The notes under the pieces were generated by a model. The model ran no database searches and was not told where the DNA came from. It saw only the letters and a list, made by a program, of their open reading frames with translations. Below, piece after piece: positions 14,534 to 25,372 of a stretch of 55,750 nt of DNA (positions within the stretch are counted from its first letter, which is position 1; each line of letters opens with the position of its first letter). A program made the position numbers and the translations under genes. Origin of the DNA: an uncultured virus (IMG/VR IMGVR_UViG_3300042914_003776) (Duplodnaviria; Heunggongvirae; Uroviricota; Caudoviricetes); the IMG/VR virus record IMGVR_UViG_3300042914_003776, positions 62,001 through 117,750 of that record; one strand, given 5' to 3'.

Positions 14534-16576
14534 ATGAATAAGTCACCAGAAGATCAAGAGTTTTTTAGAAGTTATGGCTCCAAAGAAATTGTTGATGCTT
14601 ATGGCTCAGTAGAAAGAGCAACGGCCTATAGAGACAGAACATTTATTGATGTTGAGCCAAGTCGCTCCGTTAGGCCCGGATTTAATAAATCTGATTATTA
14701 TTCCTTTAGATCATCAGAAATTATACCTTCTCAACAAAAGAAGATCATGAAGCAGTCGATGGATGCTTATGATAGAGTTGGTATTGTAAGAAATGTAATC
14801 GACCTCATGGGAGATTTTGCGTGTCAGGGCATTACTCTTGTTCACGAAAATAAAACAATAGAAAAATTTTATAGAAGATGGTTTTCCGAAGTAAATGGTA
14901 TAGAAAGATCAGAAAGATTTTGCAATTATCTATTTCGTCACGGAAACCCAATAGTTAGACGATCCACAGCTAAAATTTCTGCTAAAAAAGAAAAAGAACT
15001 GAGAGCTTCAGCCGCCGAAGATATTTACCCGGAAGAAGTAGATGTAAAAAAGCGAGAGATTCCGTGGAGATATGAATTCTTAAATCCTACAGCCTGTGAC
15101 TTTAAGAAGACCGGGGTAGGCCAATATAAGCTTGTAATGAATCTAAGCTCAAGCACCGTCCAAGATCTAAAACGACAAAACAATGTTTATGTTTTATCTG
15201 ATAACTTGCGTAAGAATATTGAAGCAGGGCAAAACTATATCGATTTAGATACAAACTCTGTCTCTATATATCATTACAAAAAAGACGATTGGCTATTATG
15301 GGCTAATCCTATGATTTACGCAATTCTAGATGATATTTTCATGCTAGAAAAAATGAAGCTTGCAGATTTGGCGGCTCTAGACGGGGCTATTTCTAATATT
15401 CGCCTTTGGACTCTGGGAGACCTAGAACACAAGATTGCTCCAAAGAAAGCTATATTAAATAAACTAAGAGATATATTAGCCAGCAATGTCGGTGGCGGTA
15501 CTATGGATCTTGTATGGGGCCCCGAACTTAAATTTACCGAAAGCAACTCCCAGATTTATAAATTCTTGGGCTCTGAAAAATACCAACCTGTTCTTACCTC
15601 AATTTATGCCGGGCTCGGCATACCCCCAACACTCACCGGGGCGTCTGGGTCTAGCGGCGGATATACCAATAATTATGTTTCTCTTAAAACATTAATTGAA
15701 AGATTAGAATACGGCAGATCTGTATTATTAACCTTCTGGCAGAAGGAGCTAGAAATAATAAGAAAAGCTATGGGCTTTAAAAAAGCGGCCCAGATTCACT
15801 TTGATTCTATTATTTTATCAGACGAAGCATCCATGAAGAAACTAATGATCGATCTGGCTGACAGAAACATCATTAGCAATGAAACATTGCTTGAACGAAT
15901 GAGAGAAATGCCAGAAATAGAAAAAATCCGTGTCAAGCGGGAAGAGAAGGCTAGAAATGAAAATAATGATATGCCAGATAAGGCTAGTCCATTTCATAGT
16001 CCACAGCACGCTAAAAAGATTGCTGAAATATCTGCTCAGAGGGGCGCACTAGATAAGCCTTATTATGACAAGTTAGAGATTCCATATAAGGAGCCGACAG
16101 TGCCTCAAGGTGGCGGCGGTCTTGGTAATCCTGCAAAACCAAAGGATAACCCATCTCCATCTGGTGGTCGCCCCCTGAACAGTAAAGACACAACCAAAAG
16201 AGCTACTAAGGTTGTTCAGCCAAGAAGCAAGGCCGACATTGCTATGTGGGCTGTTTCTGCACAAAAACAAATAGCCGATATCTTAAATCCTTTTATCTTA
16301 AAACATTTTGATAAGAAAAATTTAAGGGCTATGACCAATGAAGAAACACGCCAATATGAAAACCTTAAATTGTCAGTTTTAGCCAATATTGAGCCTTTTA
16401 CCAAGATAGGCCCGGAAAATGTTTATGAGGCTATTAATCTAAATAAAACTTATTCTAAAGAGTTTTCAGACATGGTAAAAACAAAGGTAGAAGAGTTTAT
16501 TTCTGATAATAATGAAAAGCCAAGCTTTGAACAAATGAAGCATATTTATGCTAATTGTTATGCCGAATTAACTTAA
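14534..16576 (+). CDS. Portal protein
   Basis: Follows terL; YDRVGIVRNVIDLM and IYAGLGIPPTLTG portal-like motifs. Confidence 0.85.
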   Translation: MNKSPEDQEFFRSYGSKEIVDAYGSVERATAYRDRTFIDVEPSRSVRPGFNKSDYYSFRSSEIIPSQQKKIMKQSMDAYDRVGIVRNVIDLMGDFACQGITLVHENKTIEKFYRRWFSEVNGIERSERFCNYLFRHGNPIVRRSTAKISAKKEKELRASAAEDIYPEEVDVKKREIPWRYEFLNPTACDFKKTGVGQYKLVMNLSSSTVQDLKRQNNVYVLSDNLRKNIEAGQNYIDLDTNSVSIYHYKKDDWLLWANPMIYAILDDIFMLEKMKLADLAALDGAISNIRLWTLGDLEHKIAPKKAILNKLRDILASNVGGGTMDLVWGPELKFTESNSQIYKFLGSEKYQPVLTSIYAGLGIPPTLTGASGSSGGYTNNYVSLKTLIERLEYGRSVLLTFWQKELEIIRKAMGFKKAAQIHFDSIILSDEASMKKLMIDLADRNIISNETLLERMREMPEIEKIRVKREEKARNENNDMPDKASPFHSPQHAKKIAEISAQRGALDKPYYDKLEIPYKEPTVPQGGGGLGNPAKPKDNPSPSGGRPLNSKDTTKRATKVVQPRSKADIAMWAVSAQKQIADILNPFILKHFDKKNLRAMTNEETRQYENLKLSVLANIEPFTKIGPENVYEAINLNKTYSKEFSDMVKTKVEEFISDNNEKPSFEQMKHIYANCYAELT

Positions 16577-16588
16577 AAATAAATTTTT

Positions 16589-16594
16589 TGTGTA
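16589..16594 (+). promoter_or_regulatory. Putative late promoter motif TGTGTA
   Basis: Intergenic, upstream of protease gene. Confidence 0.6.
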
Positions 16595-16622
16595 TTAAGA
16601 AACGTATACATTTATTAAAACT

Positions 16623-18059
16623 ATGAGGTTAAAAATGGAAATTTTTCAAAAAGAGATAGAAGACGGTTTGGCTCAAGCTATAGCTTCGCAGTCGTCCGTT
16701 GCTTATTTATCTCCGGCAGTCAGTGCCAAAAAAAGCTTCCATTTAAATGAAAGGTCCGTTGCTCACATTGTTAAAGCCGCCGAGCTTGATAATGAGAACC
16801 AAATGGACCTTTTTTATTTAACATCTGTTCTTGTCAGCACCGGCTGGAATAAAAACGACGACATATTTCTAGCAGAAGAAATGTGGGCGGCTCGAAAAAC
16901 CCCGGAAGACAAACAGTTTAATTATATGCACAATGAAAAGGATATCATCGGCCATATTACGGGTAATTATGTTGTTGATTATATGGGCGACTTAATACCA
17001 GACGATATGGATCTAGCAGATATTCCTGCCGATTTTAATATTATCACTAATGCTGTTATTTATAAGACTTGGAGTGATAAAGAACTTAGAGACAGAATGA
17101 GAACCATCATTGAAGAAATTGAGCAAGGTGGTAAATGGCATGTTTCTATGGAGTGCCTGTTTCCAAGATTCGACTACGCCCTACAAGATAGTAAGGGCAG
17201 TATGAAACTGGTTAACCGGGAAGAGTCAACAGCATATTTAACAAAACACCTAAGAGCCTACGGGGGTTCCGGTGAATACGACGGTTATAAGCTTGGACGG
17301 GTTTTGCGCAATTTATCGTTTTCAGGTAAAGGCTTGGTAACAAAACCCGCTAATCCTCGCAGCGTTATATTAAATGAAAAATCTGTTTCTGAAAATATTA
17401 AGGAGAAACAAATGGATATTGAAGAACTGAAGGCCAAACTAGCTAAAGCTGAACTTGAGCTAGCAGAAGCCGCAAAGATGAACGAAGAAATGAAAAAGAA
17501 AATGGAGCAAAAGAAAGACGAAGAAAGCAAAGCTACTCTAGCCCAGCTAGAAGAATACAAAACAGCTATTGCTGAAAAAGATCAAACTTTGGCTTCATTG
17601 CAAGAGCAAATCAGCAAGCTATCGCAAGAGCTTACAGACACCAAGGCATCTTTTGATGCTCTAAGGACTGAAAAAGAAGCTACTGAAGCTAAGTATCAAG
17701 ATATGCAAAAGAAAATGAAAATGGAAAAGAGAAAGGCTCAGTTGGCGGAAGCTGGCGTTGAAGAGTCTGATCTAGAAGAAACCTTGGCTTCAGTTGAAGC
17801 TTTGGATGACGTAGGCTTCGATAAAATCGTAGCTATGATGAAAAAGAAAATGGCAAAAGAAAAAATGAAAGAAGTTCCTGCTAAGGCTAGCGAGTCTGCT
17901 GCGGAAGACATTTTGGATGATGCCGTTGAAAGCAATAAAACTGTTGCGTCTGTTATCAACGAAACCGAAGATGATGACGCTTCTCAAAAACTAAGATCAT
18001 CTGCTGCTGAGTGGCTAGGCGGTTGCTTTTCTACTCTTGGCAAAAAAACTAAAAAGTAA
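16623..18059 (+). CDS. Prohead protease-scaffold fusion
   Basis: NKNDD..H..IIGH, VSME, FSGKGLVTKPA protease motifs; C-terminal E/K coiled coil; start may be 16635. Confidence 0.8.
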   Translation: MRLKMEIFQKEIEDGLAQAIASQSSVAYLSPAVSAKKSFHLNERSVAHIVKAAELDNENQMDLFYLTSVLVSTGWNKNDDIFLAEEMWAARKTPEDKQFNYMHNEKDIIGHITGNYVVDYMGDLIPDDMDLADIPADFNIITNAVIYKTWSDKELRDRMRTIIEEIEQGGKWHVSMECLFPRFDYALQDSKGSMKLVNREESTAYLTKHLRAYGGSGEYDGYKLGRVLRNLSFSGKGLVTKPANPRSVILNEKSVSENIKEKQMDIEELKAKLAKAELELAEAAKMNEEMKKKMEQKKDEESKATLAQLEEYKTAIAEKDQTLASLQEQISKLSQELTDTKASFDALRTEKEATEAKYQDMQKKMKMEKRKAQLAEAGVEESDLEETLASVEALDDVGFDKIVAMMKKKMAKEKMKEVPAKASESAAEDILDDAVESNKTVASVINETEDDDASQKLRSSAAEWLGGCFSTLGKKTKK

Positions 18060-18077
18060 TAAATAGGAGATATAAAT

Positions 18078-18557
18078 ATGGCTCTAAAAGGCGATAGATA
18101 CGAACTACAAACCGACATTTCTTTCTTCATGAATGAAGTTGCCGAGCGAGGCGGTATGGCCGTGTTAAGTACTGGTGGTTCCGGTGCTGCTATGGATCAA
18201 AGCCAAGCTTTGGTTACATATGCTTCAACTGGTTCTGGTAAAGTTCCTGTTGGTATTTTGCTAAACGATATGGTCAATATTGACCTAACTCGTCAGCACA
18301 TTAATTGGTACAAGAACGAAGTACAGAAGGGCGGCAAGGTAACTTTGCTACGCAAAGGCTATGTTGTTACCAACAGAATTCAGGGCGCTGCTCCTGCTGC
18401 TGGTAATGCAGTTTATGTTGCTCATAGCGGAAACCTATCAGCAACAGACCTTGTTGGTCAAGGTACTTCGCTCGTAGTTGGTACTTGGATGTCAAGCCCA
18501 GACCAAGATGGTTACGCTAAGGTTGAAATCAATCTTCCTGTAACCCGTAGACAATAA
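18078..18557 (+). CDS. Capsid decoration/cement protein
   Basis: Position before MCP; Gly-rich beta protein with PVGILLND. Confidence 0.7.
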   Translation: MALKGDRYELQTDISFFMNEVAERGGMAVLSTGGSGAAMDQSQALVTYASTGSGKVPVGILLNDMVNIDLTRQHINWYKNEVQKGGKVTLLRKGYVVTNRIQGAAPAAGNAVYVAHSGNLSATDLVGQGTSLVVGTWMSSPDQDGYAKVEINLPVTRRQ

Positions 18558-18585
18558 TTATAAAATATAAATAGGAGAATATAAC

Positions 18586-19593
18586 ATGGTTAAAAGCGTA
18601 GAACGTCCAAGCGACGAACTAATTGATCTATACAAAAGATCTGGTAGCGCAGACAAGTCTGTAGCTATCGAAGCACAACGCGAAATCGCAAAAGCTATCG
18701 AAACCCCTCTTCGTGAAGGCGTTTTGTTTGGCGATGTGATTGGCGGTATTTATCAGCCAATGCCTCTAGAAGCTAATGCTTCTCCAGAGTTTCCATTGGA
18801 CTTGCTAGCTCCGGGCACCGAATTGGAGCATGTGGCCTATACCAACCCGGGCCACGGTCGCATCCCTGAAAAATCAGTGGAAAGCGACTACGTTATGATT
18901 CACACCTATGGCATCACTTCATCGATTGACTTCTTGCTAAAGTATGCTCGTCAAGCAAACTGGAATGTTTTGCAACGCGCTATGCAAGTTATGGAAGCTA
19001 GCTTCGTCAAGAAGATGAACGATGACGGCTGGCACACCTTGCTAGCTGCTGCTGTGGATCGTAACATTTTGGTTTATGACGCCGATGCGGCTGCTGGTCA
19101 GTTCACCAAGAGACTTGTTTCTCTTATGAAGACCGTTATGCGCCGAAACGGTGGCGGTAATAGCGTTACAGCTAAGGGCAAGTTGACCGATCTTTATATG
19201 TCTCCAGAAGGCATTGAAGACGTTCGCAACTGGGGCGTTGATCAGTTGGACGAAGTTTCTCGTAGAGAAGTTTACGTTGCTGCTGACAACGGCGGTCCTT
19301 TGGCTAGAATCTTTGGTGTTAACTTGAACGAATTGCTCGAATTGGGCGACGGTCAAGAATATCAAGATTACTTTGTAACCGATCTAGGTGGCGCTCTTGA
19401 AGGATCTGACGTTGAATTGCTAATTGGTTTGGATAAGGCTCGTACAACCAGCTTTATCATGCCAGTTCGTGAAAACGTTCAGGTATTCGAAGACGAAACC
19501 CTACATCGTCAACAAAGACAAGGCTATTACGGTTGGGCAGAACTAGGATTCGGCGTTTTGGATAATCGCCAAATCATTGCTGGTTCTTACTAA
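18586..19593 (+). CDS. Major capsid protein (HK97-fold)
   Basis: 335 aa, strong RBS, followed by terminator; C-terminal QGYYGWAELGFGVLD. Confidence 0.88.
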   Translation: MVKSVERPSDELIDLYKRSGSADKSVAIEAQREIAKAIETPLREGVLFGDVIGGIYQPMPLEANASPEFPLDLLAPGTELEHVAYTNPGHGRIPEKSVESDYVMIHTYGITSSIDFLLKYARQANWNVLQRAMQVMEASFVKKMNDDGWHTLLAAAVDRNILVYDADAAAGQFTKRLVSLMKTVMRRNGGGNSVTAKGKLTDLYMSPEGIEDVRNWGVDQLDEVSRREVYVAADNGGPLARIFGVNLNELLELGDGQEYQDYFVTDLGGALEGSDVELLIGLDKARTTSFIMPVRENVQVFEDETLHRQQRQGYYGWAELGFGVLDNRQIIAGSY

Positions 19594-19606
19594 ACCAAAA
19601 ACAAAG

Positions 19607-19635
19607 AAGCGGGGTTGCAAAGCCCCGCTTTTTTT
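19607..19635 (+). terminator. Intrinsic terminator
   Basis: AAGCGGGGTT-GCAA-AGCCCCGCTT followed by T run. Confidence 0.92.
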
Positions 19636-19670
19636 GTTGTATAATACTGCGGTTATGCCAAATATATTTT

Positions 19671-19676
19671 GGTGTA
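19671..19676 (+). promoter_or_regulatory. Putative late promoter motif GGTGTA
   Basis: After terminator, before fibre gene. Confidence 0.6.
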
Positions 19677-19698
19677 ATTAGTAGCAGGGGGACTACTA

Positions 19699-22410
19699 AT
19701 GACGAATCCAAGGTATGGCTACGTTCTAACGACCGACGATGAGGGCCGGGTAATCTGGTCATCTATTAATGAAAATAATATACTTCCTTCGCAGTCTGGT
19801 AAAGCTGATTATGTTTTATCTACAACCGGAAGCGGTATTTATTGGAGGCTTCCGAGCGCCTCTATTTCTATAGCTAATACAACCGCCAATCAGACATTCT
19901 ATCCAGTGCTTTCTAGTGGCGATGGTTCTACAACGGGCGTATATGTCAGAAGTTCTCCCTATGCTTTTTCTTTTAACCCAAATCAAAATCGTTTATATAC
20001 AGAAAATGCGACCGTAAATACTATTACTGTGGGCAGCGGTAATTCTGGTGGCATAGGTCAGCTATCTTGGAATCCTGATGATGGCACTTTAGATTTAGGC
20101 TTGCTGGGCGGTAATTCTACCCTTCAAGTTGGTCAAGAATTAATGATCCGGGTTTTTAATGATGAAAATAATCAAATTAATGATGGTCAAGTAGTATCTA
20201 TTAATGGCGCTCAGGGACAGAGGCTTGCTATTTTAAGAGCCGTAGCTTCTGGTGCTTATTCTGCGGCTCATGCTATTGGTATTGCTACTGAGAATATTCC
20301 ATCTAAACAATTAGGTTTCATTACTGTTTTTGGAGTAGTTAGAAATCTAAATACATATATTGACGGAAGTTCTGAAGGAAGGGAAATATTTTTATCGCCA
20401 ACTACGCCGGGCGACTGGACAGTAACTCGCCCTTCAGCCCCTAATCATGCTGTTTCAGTAGGTTTTATTCAGAGAGAGCATCCAAACGCTGGCAGTATTT
20501 TTGTTAGGGTTCAAACAGGCGATCACTTAGAATACCTGCATGATGTTTTATTAACCTCTCCCGCCAGCGGAGATATTATAAGATATGATTCATCTAATCA
20601 GGTTTGGAAAAATAGCCCGCTTCCATCTGGTGGTATTTATACTGCCGGTAGTGGCTTAATATTAGAAGGCTCTCAATTTAGAGTTCATGGCACTGGACAA
20701 TTAAGTGAGCTAAGATTAAGAGCTAATGCTAGTAACTATACAGCTATTATAGCGTCCGGGCTAAATACTAATTTGACTTTTATTTTACCATCAGGCTATG
20801 GATCTAATAATCAGGTGCTAAAGACAAATGGGGCCGGAGTTTTAGACTGGACTACCGTATCAACAGGAAGTACTTACACGGCCGGGTCTGGCTTAACTTT
20901 AGTCGGCTCAGAATTTAATCTTGCTGGAACTGGCGTATTAGATAAATTAACTGTTACAAATAAACAATCATCTAATATTCCTTTTATTGTAAGATCAGCC
21001 GCCGCTCAGTCTGCCAATATTCAAGAGTGGCAAAATTCAGCGCTGGGCGTTTTAGCTAGCGTAGACAAGGATGGTAATTTTAGCAATTCAGCGACTGGGG
21101 CTTTTAATTTTGTACAGCTTAATAGTACTTTGGCGGCGCAGTCGGGCATACTTTTTGTAAATAATAGTAAAATAGTATCTACGGCACCAAACTTAATATT
21201 TAATAATTCTAATTTAGCTTCACCGAAACTAACATTCCGGGCATCTGGCACTATAACGCCCGATATTTCATTAAATATACTTACTACGGCTAGTGGCTCT
21301 ACTTCTGGCGTACAAACATTATCTTTCGAGGGATCGGCCGGGCAGTTATTTTCTATTACCGATGTTTTAAATAGCGGCACCATATTTAGTGTAAACGATA
21401 TTTCTGGCTTACCTTTAATTGAGGCTGATGCAAGCGGCCTAGTTAGATTGGCCCGGTTTGGAACTGATGTTGAGGTTTATGCCCCGCTTGAATTAATGCC
21501 GACCGGAACCACATCGGGTAGAACTAATGAGCTTAGATTTTATGAGCTTGCTGCTAGTGGCTCAAACTATGTAGGATTTAGATCACCCGATTCTTTGGCG
21601 GCTAATCGTATATGGGTTTTGCCTACTGGCGATGGCTCTGCCTCTCAGGCCCTAACAACAAATGGGGCTGGTGTATTAAGCTGGTCAACGCCGTCCGGAA
21701 CTACCTATACGGCTGGGTCTGGCTTGGCTTTAACGGGAACTCAGTTTAGTTTGGGTGGCACTGGCAATATTAGACAATTAAGATTTTTGTCTTCTGGTAA
21801 TGCTAATTATATTTCTTTTACATCACCCGCCCTATCGGGTATTACAAATTATATTTTACCTACCGGCGATGGAACTTCTGGACAAGCTTTACTAACTAAT
21901 GGCTCTGCGACTTTAAGCTGGGGCCTGCCAGTTCCTACCAGCGGCACAGCCACAGCCCTTAATAGTGTGGCCATAACAACCAATGCAAACTTTTATCCAG
22001 TTCTATCAAGCGGCACCGGGCCCAACGCTTCTTCCATAGATTTAGCTTTAACTTATAATCCTAGCACCGACATGCTTACAGCAAGCGGTATTACGGCAAC
22101 TAGGTTTGCGGGTCATCCTAGCTCAATTATTACTGAATCTACCACATCTCGCACTCTACAGGCCGGGGATAATGGCGGCGTAATAATGTGTACTAATAAT
22201 AGTGGAGCCACCCTAACAGTCCCAACAGGTCTTCCGGTAGGATTTTCTGTCGGCGTTATGGCTGCGGCTACTGGGGTTGTATCTTTTACAACATCTGGAA
22301 CTACCTTAAATCATAGACAAAGCCATACTAAGCTGGCGGGACAATGGGCTATGGGAACTGTAATACAAAGAACGACCAATAATTTTGTTTTAGCTGGGGA
22401 CACTGCCTAA
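19699..22410 (+). CDS. Fibre protein 1 (head/tail fibre)
   Basis: Three YTAGSGL.L.G..F...GTG and three LP.G.G...Q.L.TNG repeats; S/T/G-rich. Confidence 0.8.
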   Translation: MTNPRYGYVLTTDDEGRVIWSSINENNILPSQSGKADYVLSTTGSGIYWRLPSASISIANTTANQTFYPVLSSGDGSTTGVYVRSSPYAFSFNPNQNRLYTENATVNTITVGSGNSGGIGQLSWNPDDGTLDLGLLGGNSTLQVGQELMIRVFNDENNQINDGQVVSINGAQGQRLAILRAVASGAYSAAHAIGIATENIPSKQLGFITVFGVVRNLNTYIDGSSEGREIFLSPTTPGDWTVTRPSAPNHAVSVGFIQREHPNAGSIFVRVQTGDHLEYLHDVLLTSPASGDIIRYDSSNQVWKNSPLPSGGIYTAGSGLILEGSQFRVHGTGQLSELRLRANASNYTAIIASGLNTNLTFILPSGYGSNNQVLKTNGAGVLDWTTVSTGSTYTAGSGLTLVGSEFNLAGTGVLDKLTVTNKQSSNIPFIVRSAAAQSANIQEWQNSALGVLASVDKDGNFSNSATGAFNFVQLNSTLAAQSGILFVNNSKIVSTAPNLIFNNSNLASPKLTFRASGTITPDISLNILTTASGSTSGVQTLSFEGSAGQLFSITDVLNSGTIFSVNDISGLPLIEADASGLVRLARFGTDVEVYAPLELMPTGTTSGRTNELRFYELAASGSNYVGFRSPDSLAANRIWVLPTGDGSASQALTTNGAGVLSWSTPSGTTYTAGSGLALTGTQFSLGGTGNIRQLRFLSSGNANYISFTSPALSGITNYILPTGDGTSGQALLTNGSATLSWGLPVPTSGTATALNSVAITTNANFYPVLSSGTGPNASSIDLALTYNPSTDMLTASGITATRFAGHPSSIITESTTSRTLQAGDNGGVIMCTNNSGATLTVPTGLPVGFSVGVMAAATGVVSFTTSGTTLNHRQSHTKLAGQWAMGTVIQRTTNNFVLAGDTA

Positions 22411-22769
22411 TGTTTATTAATCTTATTCGCGGCACATTAAGGCCCGGCACTGCTGCCTGTGTTAACATAACGGTAAATACAACTAACGAAAGTCTTACAT
22501 ATTCTGAAAATCAATCGTTTACACTCAATGCTGGTGTATTAACTGGTAGTACTCCAATTACGTATCAGTGGCAAAGAAAATACCCCGCTGGATCATTTGC
22601 GGATATTAGTGGGGCTACAAGTGCTAGCTATACCGAATCATCGGGTCTAACCGTGGCTCAAAGCGGCACCGAATATAGATGTAATGTATCCAACGCTTGT
22701 AGTAGTGCAACAAGTAGAGTAATAACAATAACAGTTTTAGCCTCGCCACCGCCCGGCGGAGGCTTATAG
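22410..22769 (+). CDS. Ig-like domain virion protein
   Basis: ITYQWQ..ISGATSASYT..YRCNVSN I-set-like pattern. Confidence 0.8.
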   Translation: MFINLIRGTLRPGTAACVNITVNTTNESLTYSENQSFTLNAGVLTGSTPITYQWQRKYPAGSFADISGATSASYTESSGLTVAQSGTEYRCNVSNACSSATSRVITITVLASPPPGGGL

Positions 22770-22779
22770 GAGATTTATA

Positions 22780-23229
22780 ATGGCTCAATTTTGTGTTGGA
22801 ATAGCGGACGAACAAGTTCAGTTAGTAATAACCTCACTTTGTTCTTTATATAAATATGTACCCATTGTGCCCAACCCTGACCCCTATAATCATCCAAACC
22901 CAGCTTTCGACCCAGCTCAGGAAGAAGGCCCGGATAACTTGAAGTCCATTCCTCAGTTTTTACCAAATCCAGAATATGTCGAGCCTACTGAAGAATCCAC
23001 TGTTGGGGATGTATTGAGTGGTCCGCCCCAGTTTATTTTAAATCCTGACTGGAATCCGCCAGCAACAATTCCTAATCCAGAAAGCCCGTATCACTTTGTT
23101 AATAGAATGGTTCGTAACTGGATTACGGAAAATGTTAAGGCGTATCAGGCTCAAGTTGCCGCAGAAGCCGCTAGACAGGCTGCTTTAGAGGCTACACAGG
23201 TGGAGATTACTGATCCTTATGTCAGTTAA
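22780..23229 (+). CDS. Proline-rich hypothetical virion protein
   Basis: ORF with AGGAG RBS; repeated PNP motifs. Confidence 0.75.
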   Translation: MAQFCVGIADEQVQLVITSLCSLYKYVPIVPNPDPYNHPNPAFDPAQEEGPDNLKSIPQFLPNPEYVEPTEESTVGDVLSGPPQFILNPDWNPPATIPNPESPYHFVNRMVRNWITENVKAYQAQVAAEAARQAALEATQVEITDPYVS

Positions 23230-23908
23230 TTATAACCCGGCTACGCCAACAGACGGGCTTGTTCTTTGTTTGGACACGGCGAATCGCAGAAGCTACCCCG
23301 GGTCTGGAACTACTTGGTTTGACCTTAGCGGCAAAGGAAATAATGGCACACTAACTAACGGCCCTACATTAAATACAGGGTTTGGTGGCGGTATTAGTTT
23401 CGATGGGACGGATGACAGAGCTACCTCGACAATGTTTCTGCAATCAAGTTTTCCATACTCTATTAGTGCGTTTTTTCGCACTACAAAAACTTCGGGCATC
23501 CAGCGCATTACAACTCTACATAAAGCAAATACCAATTTAGGTTTTTTCTCTTTGCGAATTAGTGATGGCGGGGCAATAAGCGCCAATGCTTACGCTGATA
23601 CTGGTAATGAATCATTTGCAGTTGGATCAATAATATCAACAAATATTTGGTATCACGCAGTTGCTGTATTTGCATCTGCTACTGACCGCAAAATTTATTT
23701 AAACGGCAAACTTGAAGCGACAGACACTACATCAATTGCAATACCAGCAACAATTGACTACGCAGGATTTGGGTCGATCAATTGGTCAACAGGCCATATA
23801 CAGTATTTTCAAGGTCAATTAGACGACATACGCATCTACTCCCGCGCCTTATCTCCATCTGAAATATATCAATTATTCTCCTCTAAGCGTGGGAGGTTTA
23901 ATGTATGA
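23219..23908 (+). CDS. LamG/ConA-like lectin protein A1
   Basis: GLVLCLD..SYPGSG..WFDLSG..WYHAVAV..YLNG..DDIRIYSRALS. Confidence 0.88.
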   Translation: MSVNYNPATPTDGLVLCLDTANRRSYPGSGTTWFDLSGKGNNGTLTNGPTLNTGFGGGISFDGTDDRATSTMFLQSSFPYSISAFFRTTKTSGIQRITTLHKANTNLGFFSLRISDGGAISANAYADTGNESFAVGSIISTNIWYHAVAVFASATDRKIYLNGKLEATDTTSIAIPATIDYAGFGSINWSTGHIQYFQGQLDDIRIYSRALSPSEIYQLFSSKRGRFNV

Positions 23909-24651
23909 GCATCTATTCTGGGCCTAACACCGCCCAATCCGGGCTAGTCCTGCATATCGATGCCTCTAATCCTCGCTGCTACCCGGGCTCTGGCTCTACT
24001 TTGTTTGACCTGAGTGGGCAGGGTAATAATGGCACACTATCTAATAGCGCATCTTTTACTAATAATTCATTTTATATAAACCAAACAGATGCCAATATTA
24101 ACTTACAATCTAACGCTAGTATTGCTGATTTCTATAAAAATAATACATCTCTTACTTTAGAAGTGCTTATAAACAAAACTTCTATTACTAGCGCGACAAG
24201 TGGCTATAATTTGGGATTTGTTTTATTTAATAATAATGATTCTGGATGGGTGTCGGGATGGTCTGTAGTTATTAGAAATGCTATTGCAAATAATAATGAT
24301 GTATTGTTTCAAATAGGGTATAATAGTGTTTCTGATTCTAGATATATTTGTCCCTTTGGCGCATTAGATAATACTTGGGTGCATATATGTGTTACACATT
24401 CTGTTATTAGCGGAAATTCATCTGCTGGGTTTTATAAAAATGGATTACTATTAAATAGTTACAGCGGCACAATATCTAACTTTTCTAGTTCTGTAAGTTT
24501 TGCAAATAGAATAGGTAGAAATACCGAGATTTCTTATCAGGGGCATAATTGTGCTGGATATATATCTTGTTATAGAATTTATAACAGAGTTTTAACACCT
24601 GTAGAAGTTTTTCAAAATTATAGTACTGTTAGAGGGAGGTATGGACTATAA
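23905..24651 (+). CDS. LamG/ConA-like lectin protein B1
   Basis: Same conserved termini; WVHICVT..YKNG..IYNRVL. Confidence 0.88.
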   Translation: MSIYSGPNTAQSGLVLHIDASNPRCYPGSGSTLFDLSGQGNNGTLSNSASFTNNSFYINQTDANINLQSNASIADFYKNNTSLTLEVLINKTSITSATSGYNLGFVLFNNNDSGWVSGWSVVIRNAIANNNDVLFQIGYNSVSDSRYICPFGALDNTWVHICVTHSVISGNSSAGFYKNGLLLNSYSGTISNFSSSVSFANRIGRNTEISYQGHNCAGYISCYRIYNRVLTPVEVFQNYSTVRGRYGL

Positions 24652-25328
24652 TGGCACTTAATCATTCGCCCTCGATTGTGACTAATGGGTTGGTCCTCTA
24701 TCTGGATGCGGCGAATCGCCGTAGTTACCCCGGTTCCGGCACAAGCTGGTTTGACTTGAGCGGGAATAACAATCACGGAACATTAACTAACGGGCCCACT
24801 TTCAGTTCCGCGAATGGCGGCGGAATTGTGTTTGATGGAAGTAATGATTATGTTGTTTCAGCAAATAACACCAATATATCTGGATCGGCAGCAAGAAGTT
24901 TATGTGCATTCTTTTATTTAACAAAATCTTCTTCAAATTATATCAATGTCATTAAAATAGGGAATAGTAATAATAATGCAGCATTGTTTGAAATTCTATT
25001 ACAGCAAAACAGTATTGTTGGTCATTTTTGGGGAACAAATCAAGCTTTTGCTGCTGATTCTAAAAAAATATTATTAAATAATTATACTTATGTTGTTATG
25101 ACTTATTCGGGCTCTATAGTTAATGCATACGTGGACGGGTATTTTATTTATAGTGGTATTTTTAATCTTAACACATCTAATACTCAATTATTCTGTGGGC
25201 TAAAAGAATATTATGAGCACGAAAACTATCAGGGCTCACAATTTATGGCACACCTGTATAACAGGGCTCTATCTCCCGCAGAAATAGTTCAAAACTACAA
25301 TGCTATTAAAGGCAGATTTGGACTATAA
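24651..25328 (+). CDS. LamG/ConA-like lectin protein C1
   Basis: Same conserved termini; YVDG..LYNRALS. Confidence 0.88.
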   Translation: MALNHSPSIVTNGLVLYLDAANRRSYPGSGTSWFDLSGNNNHGTLTNGPTFSSANGGGIVFDGSNDYVVSANNTNISGSAARSLCAFFYLTKSSSNYINVIKIGNSNNNAALFEILLQQNSIVGHFWGTNQAFAADSKKILLNNYTYVVMTYSGSIVNAYVDGYFIYSGIFNLNTSNTQLFCGLKEYYEHENYQGSQFMAHLYNRALSPAEIVQNYNAIKGRFGL

Positions 25329-25335
25329 TCTATTT

Positions 25336-25341
25336 TGTGTA
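25336..25341 (+). promoter_or_regulatory. Putative late promoter motif TGTGTA
   Basis: Intergenic, before adaptor gene. Confidence 0.6.
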
Positions 25342-25372
25342 TATCTTATTAGCCCCAATATAGGAGACACAT

